From positions 540,001-572,000 of the forward strand of contig NZ_LT934425.1 in NCBI RefSeq assembly GCF_900232105.1: a stretch of 32,000 nucleotides of DNA, in the 5' to 3' direction. The translations under genes were made by a program, and so were the position numbers. The notes under the pieces are model-generated. The model did no database searches. It had not been told where the DNA came from and saw nothing but the letters and a program-made list of their open reading frames with translations. This stretch comes from Candidatus Kuenenia stuttgartensis (GTDB taxonomy: Bacteria > Planctomycetota > Brocadiia > Brocadiales > Brocadiaceae). Numbering within the stretch: position 1 is the first letter of the stretch; the number at the start of each line of letters is the position of its first letter. This document shows, piece after piece, positions 8,310 to 18,000 of the stretch.

Positions 8310-8340
8310 TTAACTTAATGACATTGGTTTGTAACCTGAT
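8310..8340 (-). repeat. Right terminal inverted repeat of the Tn5-like IS
   Basis: Reverse complement matches 5570-5601, except for the small hairpin loop and one indel. Confidence 0.6.
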
Positions 8341-8365
8341 GAACCCTTAGTTTATTTGGCAAATA

Positions 8366-8495
8366 GCGCTCTATAGTATTACCTTGTAAAAACTTCTTTT
8401 TTTGTAAGTTTTTCTTCGTGCCCTTTGTGCTACGTGTTCTCATGGTGGTTAAACATTTTTTGGTTGCAGTTTTGCTGCGCTATGTATTTAATGGC
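8366..8495. repeat. ~130-bp dispersed intergenic repeat, intact copy
   Basis: GCGCTCTATAGTATTACCTTGTAAAAACTTCTTTTTTTGTAAGTTT...GGTTAAACATTTTTTGGTTGCAGTTTTGCTGCGCTATGTATTTAATGG. Its two halves recur at 22150-22201 and 23905-23967, split by IS copy 2. Confidence 0.6.
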
Positions 8496-8530
8496 GAAAT
8501 CCTTCCTGCTAGCAGTGTCAGATACCAATA

Positions 8531-8562
8531 TAAAACGTGGAGTTCAAGTTGCAAACTTGAAC
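8531..8562 (-). terminator. Possible intrinsic terminator of the surface-protein operon
   Basis: On the minus strand, GTTCAAGTT-tgc-AACTTGAAC (perfect 9-bp stem, 8542-8562) is followed by TCCACGTTTTATATT. It lies about 90 nt downstream of the stop at 8653. The stem is AT-rich and the U-tract is interrupted, so this is weak. Confidence 0.3.
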
Positions 8563-8652
8563 CCGCCATGAAGGCTAATTGGCAATTCATCACCGAAAAG
8601 GCCGGGATAAAACTATCTTGTCTCTATCAGGCACTTGAGAGTTGACGAGACA

Positions 8653-9090
8653 TTATTGAGAATTGTCCACGAAGTTTATAACTTTCCAAATAGTATCTCC
8701 TGTTTTACTTTTCCCTTCTTTGAGTTGAACTTTTGTAACACCTTGATATCCGTCAGGAAAGCGAACTCTCGTATCAACGAATACCATTTCCTCCGATTTC
8801 ACAATTTTTCTTACCTGGAATATAGCATCACGATAGAAATTTCTAAGAAAATTTGGATATTCCTTGTTTTGTTCTAATAAGACTTTATTTTTTTCATACA
8901 CATCGTCAGAAATGTACTCTTTTATTGCATCAACATCACCATTTTTGAAAGCCCGAAAAAGAGGAACAAATGTATCACTCTTAACATTTTTATATAACAA
9001 ATCGCTCCTTGAAATCTCTTGGGCATTTAGTATATTAAATGAAACACAAACGAAAAAAACAAACCATACAAAAAAAGCCACTCTCATCAT
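8653..9090 (-). CDS. Small secreted protein (145 aa), last gene of the operon; possibly an NTF2-like fold
   Basis: Hydrophobic signal peptide MMRVAFFVWFVFFVCVSFNILNA|QE. AAGGAGGA sits immediately upstream and overlaps the TAA stop of the giant gene (9100-9102), which suggests translational coupling. The fold assignment is a guess from size and composition only. Confidence 0.7.
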   Translation of the reverse strand: MMRVAFFVWFVFFVCVSFNILNAQEISRSDLLYKNVKSDTFVPLFRAFKNGDVDAIKEYISDDVYEKNKVLLEQNKEYPNFLRNFYRDAIFQVRKIVKSEEMVFVDTRVRFPDGYQGVTKVQLKEGKSKTGDTIWKVINFVDNSQ

Positions 9091-9099
9091 TTTCCTCCT

Positions 9100-12000
9100 T
9101 TATTGAGTTAATGTCTGGAACCACAGATTGGACATAGACCTGTACCCAATTCCATTTGGATGGAGTGTGTCCGCATATTCGTCTTCATAGCGACGACGTT
9201 CTGTTGGCAAATCTAAATAGTTAAAATAACTGTAGAAATCAGGAGGAATTATGAGAATATTGTTACTGAAATTACTTTTTAATTCATCGATGACCTGATT
9301 ATACTCTTTAATCAATATATTTCTTGGCGCCTTGTCAGGGTCATGATAAGTTCCGGAACTGTCTCCTAAAGCGATTGGCACTTTTGCTAAACAGACTTTC
9401 TGACCTGCAGCATTTATTGCCTCTGAAATTTTTTGCATATTATCTTTAAAAGTCCCGGGATATCCGGGATCACCAGGATTCAAACCCAGCCCGCTTGGGA
9501 TGGGTAACCCTAGCGGATTAGCATCATTTGTTCCATACTGAACCAAACATCCACTAGCGTTGGGATGTCTTAGAAGCATTCTATTAATAGAAGAAGCTCC
9601 ATCAGGTGAGGTAGACCCCCCAACTCCTTCATTAAAAACAGTGTGTGGATACCCTCTCGCCGCTGTAAGTAAATTATTTAATATTGGTGGGTAACCACCT
9701 CCCGCATTTCGCCCATCTTGTGAAGTGTCGTCAGAAACGTCATCGTCTCCAATTCCTATTGTAATACCATCTCCCATTCCCCAATAATAATCACCAATGC
9801 CAATTTGCACTCTTTTATCGTGTGCATACTCTCCGGGAATTTTATTACCCTCAGCATCCACAACAAAAGCATCCATTACATATTCACCCCGAGAAAGGTT
9901 TGTAAATACAACTTCATAAGGCGCTGTGTAATCGCGGATACTTTGCGCATAAGCAGTTCCGCTATCGAGCACAAAGAGAATTCCCTGATTTTGCTGTAAA
10001 TTGTTGGTTTCCGCCTGAACAGAGAGATCTGAATTTTCCTGTAAATAATAATTATCGGGTGTAGTAATCCTCACAAGCGGCGTTGTGTCAGGCGTTGTAG
10101 TGTTATAAAATCTTAAGGACAATACCTCCACGGCGCTAAGCGCCCGGTTGTAAACCAGAACCTCGTCTATCTTACCGTCCATATGGCCATAATTAGAAGT
10201 TGATGCCCCTATAGCCATATATGATGCTGCTGTATATGGCACTATGGTATTTCCCGCCGGGTGTGTTTGTGTATCAACGAGTTGCCCATCTACATATAAT
10301 TTCTGTTCACCTGTAGTTTTGTTGTAAGTGCCGGCAACGTGATACCACTTGCCAGTCGAGGTGACCAAGTCATTGGTTGCGTGCTTTTGCGTTTTCGTAC
10401 CTTCGGATGTTTTAGTGGTTAAAATAAATCTTATGGTGTTTCCCGAAGCGCTATACTGATCAAAATATAATCCATATCCTTGCCCTCCCGAATTCCAGGA
10501 CCAACCTCCAAAAATAGTATCTGGCGCTACCGTATCTACTGAATATCTGTAAAACCACGCAGAAACCGAAATTTCGTCATAATTTAAAGGCGGAATCGAT
10601 ACATAAGTACTTTCGCCGTTAAAACTCAGTGCCCTTCCGAATTTCCCTGTAGTCCATGTGGATCCGGTAAAACCTGTAATTGTGCCGTTTTTATTATTAT
10701 CCGAAAAATCCGTTGCAATCGCTCCAGTACCTTCATCAAATGCATAGTGGGCCTGCTGACCACCTGTCTCTTCACTCAAGCTCATGGTAATCGTCGCTGT
10801 GCCGTACATATAGTCCGTAGTAAAACGCCATATATAGTCAGATGCCATCGCATTGCCTGTCAGATCCTTTACCCCAGTGATAATCATAGCCGTGTAGGTG
10901 GTGGAAGAGGACAGGTTGCCCGACGGGATAAAAGTGGCAGTCGTCCCGCTGTACGATACCGTTCCATCTATAGTATCGATCCCGTCACTCACCAGAAATG
11001 TGGACAGTGTTATGCTGCCGGCATCCATCTCCTCATTAAATGTCGCCGTTATCACACTATCTACCGCTACACCTGTCGCACCACTTGCAGGACTCCATGC
11101 ACTCACCTCCGGTGGTGTTTTGTCGGGAATTACAGTGTTGCTAAATAAGGACAACACCGCCTGGTCACTCTTGTTAAACAAAGACAACACCTCCTGGTCG
11201 CTCAGAGCCCGATTGTAAACCCGAACCTCGTCGACCTTACCGTCCATATAACCATTATTAACCCTTGAATACCCTATCCTCATATCTGAATAGGACGTCA
11301 GTGGCACTATTGTGTTCCCCGCAGGATGGAGTTGGGTATTAACTAGCTGTCCATCTACATATAGCTTCTGTTCTCCTGTAGTTTTATTATACGTACCTGC
11401 AGCGTAATGCCAATTACCAACTGAATTGCTAAAACTATACGTTCCTGTCTTAGTTATCCTGGTTCCACTCACATTTTTTGACGTTAATATAAAATTAAGT
11501 GTGTTCGGGGAACTCTGATGAAATCGTAAATCAAAACCCTCCTGCTGTTGTAAGTTTGAACTCCATCTCCATCCACCGAATATGGCATCAGCGTTCGTCG
11601 TGTCATTTGCATTTTTATAAAACCACGCAGAAACCGAAATCTCGTCATAGTTTAAACGGGGAATCGATACATAATTGCTTGTACCGTTAAAACCCAAAGC
11701 ACCGCCGATTTTCCCTGTTTTCCATGTAGCTCCGGTAATTGTGCCATTTCTGTTATTACCTGACGAATCCGTTGCAGTCGCTCCCGTCCCTTCATCAAAT
11801 GCATAGTGTGCCTGCAGAGTTGAGTCAGGCGCTGCTCCCGTGGTAAAGCTCCAGACGTAATTAGCGGTCATACCATTGCCCGCCACATCCTTTACCCCGG
11901 TGGTAATCGTCGCCGTGTAGGTGGTGGATGATGACAGGTTGCCAGTCGGGGCAAACGTAGCAGTCGTACCGCTGTATGATACCGTCCCACCTATATTACT

Positions 12001-15000
12001 GCTCCCATCACTCACCAGAATGGTGGCCGTCGTTATGCTGTTTGCGTCCATCGCCTCGCTGAACGTACAGGTGATGGCACTGTTTACCGCCACCTCCGTA
12101 GCATCACTTACCGGACTCGTTGCAATCACCTCCGGCGGTGTCGTGTCGGGCGCTCCCGTGGTAAAGCTCCATGTGTAATTGGCCGCCACCGCATTGCCCG
12201 CCACATCCTTTACCCCGGTGGTAATCGTAGCCGTGTAGGTGGTGGAAGATGACAGGTTGCCAGACGGGGTAAACATGGCAGTCGTACCGCTGTACGATAC
12301 CCCCCCATCTATATTACTGCTCCCATCACTCACCAGAAAGGTGGACGGTGTTATGCTGCTCGCGTCCATAGCCTCGCTGAACGTGCAGGTGATGTCACTG
12401 TTTACCGCCACCTCCGTAGCATCACTTACCGGACTCGTTGCAATCACCTCCGGCGGTGTCGTGTCGGGCGCTCCCGTGGTAAAGCTCCATGTGTAATTGG
12501 CCGCCACCGCATTGCCCGCCACATCCTTTACCCCGGTGGTAATCGTAGCCGTGTAGGTGGTGGAAGATGACAGGTTGCCAGTCGGGGCAAACGTAGCAGT
12601 CGTACCGCTGTATGATACCGTCCCACCTATATTACTGCTCCCATCACTCACCAGAATGGTGGCCGTCGTTATGCTGTTTGCGTCCATCGCCTCGCTGAAC
12701 GTACAGGTGATGTAACTGTTTACCGCCACCTCCGTAGCATTACTTACCGGACTCGTTGCAATCACCGTCGGCGGTGTCGTGTCTGGACTTACAGTGTCAT
12801 TAAACAAAGACAACACCTCCTGGTCGCTCAGAGCCCGATTGTAAACCCGAACCTCGTCGACCTTACCGTCCATATAACCATTATTAACCCTTGAATACCC
12901 TATCCTCATATCTGAATAGGACGTCAGTGGCACTATTGTGTTCCCCGCAGGATGGAGTTGGGTATTAACTAGCTGTCCATCTACATATAGCTTCTGTTCT
13001 CCTGTAGTTTTATTATACGTACCTGCAGCGTAATGCCAATTACCAACTGAATTGCTAAAACTATACGTTCCTGTCTTAGTTATCCTGGTTCCACTCACAT
13101 TTTTTGACGTTAATATAAAATTAAGTGTGTTCGGGGAACTCTGATGAAATCGTAAATCAAAACCCTCCTGCTGTTGTAAGTTTGAACTCCATCTCCATCC
13201 ACCGAATATGGCATCAGCGTTCGCCGTGTCATTTGCATTTTTATAAAACCACGCAGAAACCGAAATCTCGTCATAGTTTAAACGGGGAATCGATACATAA
13301 TTGCTTGTACCGTTAAAACCCAAAGCACCGCCGATTTTCCCTGTTTTCCATGTAGCTCCGGTAATTGTGCCATTTCTGTTATTACCTGACGAATCCGTTG
13401 CAGTCGCTCCCGTCCCTTCATCAAATGCATAGTGTGCCTGCAGAGTTGAGTCAGGCGCTGCTCCCGTGGTAAAGCTCCAGACGTAATTAGCGGTCATACC
13501 ATTGCCCGCCACATCCTTTACCCCGGTGGTAATCGTCGCCGTGTAGGTGGTGGATGATGACAGGTTGCCAGTCGGGGCAAACGTAGCAGTCGTACCGCTG
13601 TATGATACCGTCCCACCTATATTACTGCTCCCATCACTCACCAGAATGGTGGCCGTCGTTATGCTGTTTGCGTCCATCGCCTCGCTGAACGTACAGGTGA
13701 TGGCACTGTTTACCGCCACCTCCGTAGCATCACTTACCGGACTCGTTGCAATCACCTCCGGCGGTGTCGTGTCGGGCGCTCCCGTGGTAAAGCTCCATGT
13801 GTAATTGGCCGCCACCGCATTGCCCGCCACATCCTTTACCCCGGTGGTAATCGTAGCCGTGTAGGTGGTGGAAGATGACAGGTTGCCAGACGGGGTAAAC
13901 ATGGCAGTCGTACCGCTGTACGATACCCCCCCATCTATATTACTGCTCCCATCACTCACCAGAAAGGTGGACGGTGTTATGCTGCTCGCGTCCATAGCCT
14001 CGCTGAACGTGCAGGTGATGTCACTGTTTACCGCCACCTCCGTAGCATTACTTACCGGACTCGTTGCAATCACCTCCGGCGGTGTCGTGTCGGGCGTTGT
14101 AGCGTTGTTAAATAAGGACAAAACCTCCTGGCCACTCAACGCCCGGTTGTAGATACGGACGTCGTCTATACTTCCACGGAAAAAACCAAAATTGGTATAC
14201 CTGCTTCCTATGGCCATGTAATTCCGCCCCGTTAATGGCACTATAACATTCCCCGATGGATGTGTTTGTGTATCCGCCAACTGCCCGTCCACATATAACT
14301 TCTGTTCTCCCGTAGTCTTGTTGTATGTACCAACAACATGATACCAACTCCCATTCGAATCGGTAAAATCCTTTGTTGCATCTTTTACTGTCCTTGTCCC
14401 GCTTGTATTCCTTGTGACCACGACAAACCGAAGTCTGTTGGGCGTACCCGAATTAAAATACAAGTCAAATCCTTCCTGCAATTGCACATCAGCATTATAT
14501 ATAAAACCACCAAATATAACGCTAGTGCCGGATGCATTTTTATTGAACCATGCAGATACTGAAATCTCATCATAATTCATACTAGGAATTGTTACATAAT
14601 CATTCCCGTCAAAATTCAATGCGCCACCGATTTTTCCTGTTGTCCATGTGGCTCCTGTACCGGTAATTGTGCCATTTCTGTTATTACCTGACGAATCCGT
14701 TACAGTCACTCCAGTACCTTCATCAAATGCATAGTATGCCTGAAGAGTTGCGTCAAGCACTGCTCCCGTGGTAAAGCTCCAGACGTAATTAGCGGCCATA
14801 CCATTGCCCGCCACATCCTTTACCCCGGTGGTAATCGTCGTCGTATAGGTGGTGGATGATGACAGGTTGCCAGTCGGGGCAAACGTAGCAGTCGTACCGC
14901 TGTATGATACCGTCCCACCGATATTACTGCTCCCATCACTCACCAGAATGGTGGCCGTTGTTATGCTGTTTGCGTCCATCGCCTCGCTGAACGTACAGGT

Positions 15001-18000
15001 GATGGCACTGTTTACCTCCACCTCCGTAGCATTACTTATCGGACTCGTTGCACTCACCGTCGGCGGTGTCGTGTCGGGCGCTCCCGTGGTAAAACGCCAG
15101 ACGTAATTGGCGGTCATACCATTGCCCGCCACATCCTTTACCCCGGTGGTAATCGTCGCCGTATAGGTGGTGGAATATGACAGAGAACCAAATGGCATAA
15201 ACATGGCCGTTTGATTGACATAATACACAATTCCACTTACAGTAGCGATCCTGTCACTCACCAGAAATGTGGACGGTGTTATGCTGTTTGCGTACATCTC
15301 CTCGCTGAATGTACAGGTGATGGCACTGTTTACCTCCACCTCCGCAGCATCACTTACCGGACTCGTTGCAATCACCGTCGGCGGTGTCGTGTCGGGCACT
15401 CCCGTGGTAAAACTCCAGACGTAATCGCCTGTCATCCCATTGCCCACCACATCCTTTACCCCTGTGGTAATCGTAGCCGTGTAGGTGGTGGATGAAGACA
15501 GGTTGCCAGTCGGGGCAAACGTGGCAGTCGTACCGCTGTATAATATCGCCCCACCTATATTACCGCTTCCATCACTCACCACAAAGGTGGACGATGTTAT
15601 GCTGCTTGCGTCCATCTCCTCGCTGAACGTACAGGTGATGGCACTGTTTATCTCCACCTCCGTAGCATCACTTACCGGACTCGTTGCACTCACCTCCGGC
15701 GGTGTTGTGTCGGGCGTTGTAGCGTTGTTAAATAAGGACAAAACCTCCTGGCCACTCAACGCCCGGTTGTATATCTGGACGTCGTCGATGAGTCCGTTGA
15801 ACGCTATAGAGGTACCGGCTAGCGCACCTATGCTTAATGGCACATCATTAAGTATAGAGGCGGAAAGATTGTTTCTAGTTACTGTTCCGTTGGACAGATT
15901 GCCGTCAATATAGATGTTAACACCACTAGCGAGTGATGTTCCATCGTAGGTAAAAGCAACGTGGTGCCATACATTGTCGTCAACCTGGATGGCGCTATCT
16001 TTTACGATTCCATTAGAGGGAGAATTCCATTTATTAGTAAGGAATACACGCAACGAGCCGGGTTCAACATAAAAAGACCAACCAGTATAAGAAGGCGCAG
16101 CTCCATCTTTACTAACTATTGGGTTTTCAAGCGTAGTAGGAGCCAGCTTAATCCACGCCGAAACGGAGAAACTGTTTGTGCGTTCAAAGTCAAATGGGGT
16201 ATCTGCTGTACTCACATAATCATTCACCCCGTCAAAGGAGAGGGCGTTGCTGATTTTACCAGTTGTCCAGACAGGACCATTGATTAGAACGCCGTTGTTG
16301 CCATTGCCTGAAGAATCTGCGGCGTTTGTTCCAGAGCTCTCGTCAAAACGATAGTAGGCGACCTGCGGAGTCGTATCGGATATAGTAAATGCGTTGCTCA
16401 CGGCTGACATCAATCCGGCACTCGTTGCCGTCAGGTTCTTTGAACCCGCAAGATCGATGCTCAAACCACTAAACGTTGCAAGGCCGCTTGCATTCGTTTT
16501 CTGCACTGCCGTACCGCTGAGCACTCCTGTCCCTGAAGACAATGATATCGTAACCGAAACGTCGGAAGTGTATACATTGTTACCGCTATCATCCTGTAAC
16601 TGTACCGTCACCGCAGGACTAATTGCGGCTCCTGCCGTTGTGTTCGTAGGCTGTTGGACAAATGCCACCTTCGTTGCCGTTCCTGCAATGGCGATGGCAC
16701 TATTCATTACGGAAAACACATCTGTATTATCAAGGTAAGGACCGCGAACAGAATCGATATTAATTGCGTAATGTACAAAAAGCTCCGAGCCTGTACCTCT
16801 TGCATATAATGGAACCAGTGAGTTTGTGTGATTTCCAGAATTCCAGTACCAGTATACTGTCTCACCGGTATCAATTAGGTAGTTACTATTTGCGTCCTCC
16901 CAACTCGCCTTCCGCCCGCCGGTATTATAGACTATTTTCTCTTTGGAAAGAGTTGTAGAATCCACATTGCCAAGAGGCTGATCAGCCAATATCCCTGGCC
17001 CTGCAGTCAGATACCCAGTTTCATGATCAGCAGTTACAATAACCAGAGTATTGTTCCATGTGGCGTCATTGCCAGTATCATTTACCCAATCAGTTACAGT
17101 CTGAATAGCATTATAAAAGTCTTTCGCTTCACCGATCATCTGATTCATGTTATTTGCATGAGATGCCCAGTCAATAGCACCTCCTTCTACCATTAGCACA
17201 AAACCGTTCGGGTTTCTGCTCAGCACCTTAACTGTCGCCAATACACTCTCGGAAAGGGTGGGATTATCTGAATTATACCCCCCGCCATTTGCATTGTGAT
17301 ATACTTGATTAAATAAACCGGCTAATTTCAAAGTGGAAGATGTATTCGCGGCAGACATCAAGGCATTACCGCCGTTAACACCTGTCTTCCGCTCAACCAA
17401 AACATGCTTTCCCGCCTGGCCGCTTTCGGTTCTTAACTTGTTCAATATCTGGTCGCTTATGTAATTTGTGACGTTACCGCCAATCATAACATCCGCAGGA
17501 GGCATAGTTGAACCATGGCCTCCTCCGTATTTTGTATTAGTAGTAACTGAACCGGTGGTATTAGGATTTCCAAAAAACCCCTCGTCTGCTATGGCAAAAG
17601 TATTTATGCGAGAGTCATTATGAGCTACCCACGCCCCTGGTGTGGCATGTGATGCAGGAACCGTGCTAATTGCACCAACTGCTTTTCCTAATTCTTTCGC
17701 TCTCTCCCCAATGGTAAACAATCTTGTTGAACCATCTGAAGAGACAGACATCCGTCCGAGAGAAGTTTTAGAACCACTATAAATAGCTGAAGCAGTGCAA
17801 GCGCTATCCTGAGTATCAGGAGTAGTATTTACATAATCAAAATCGGACCACGCCTCCGTCGTATTATAGCTGCCCCCTTCAGGGAAGGTGGATACCATAT
17901 ATTTAACCCATGGGGGCCCTGATTGATATAAAGGCGCGGTGTCGCCGTTGTATTTATTTACTGCCTCAATATGTTTAGAGCCAAATCCGTCCCCTATAAA

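Larger units (their letters stand above)
5570..8340 (+). mobile_element. IS4-family (Tn5/IS50-like) insertion sequence, ~2.77 kb, with a MITE nested just inside its left end
   Basis: Imperfect ~32-bp terminal inverted repeats: ATCAGGTTTGTAACCCAATGTCATTAAGTTAA at 5570-5601, and the reverse complement of 8310-8340, ATCAGGTTACAAACCAATGTCATTAAGTTAA. They differ in a small GGTT-nnn-AACC hairpin loop plus one indel. They enclose one Tn5-like transposase gene. No flanking target duplication found. Confidence 0.6.
10090..16370 (-). repeat. In-frame coding array of LamG-like and Ig-like modules (Ig period 318 bp)
   Basis: Antisense shadow ORFs recur at 318-bp multiples (11921/12239, 13547/13865, 14849/15485). 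The protein shows the module order LamG-Ig3-LamG-Ig2-LamG-Ig3-LamG-Ig-LamG. Limits are approximate. Confidence 0.8.

Noticed and set aside
5561-8349. Target-site duplication flanking the Tn5-like IS
   Set aside because: The 9 bp outside the IRs (tatgattat on the left, gaaccctta on the right) do not match. The left flank is probably IS110 sequence, so the original duplication is not recoverable here. A shorter alternative IR (CCCTTAATAAA at 5881-5891 versus 8279-8289) was judged less convincing than the 32-bp pair.
8418-9106. Plus-strand ORFs 8418-8645, 8635-8877 and 8864-9106
   Set aside because: The first lies within the dispersed repeat and terminator region. The other two are antisense to the 145-aa secreted-protein gene. 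All have implausible composition.
10790-15715. CRISPR array or non-coding satellite as an explanation for the 318-bp periodicity
   Set aside because: The repeats are 318-bp in-frame protein modules inside one continuous 9-kb ORF. There is no short repeat-spacer architecture and no cas genes.
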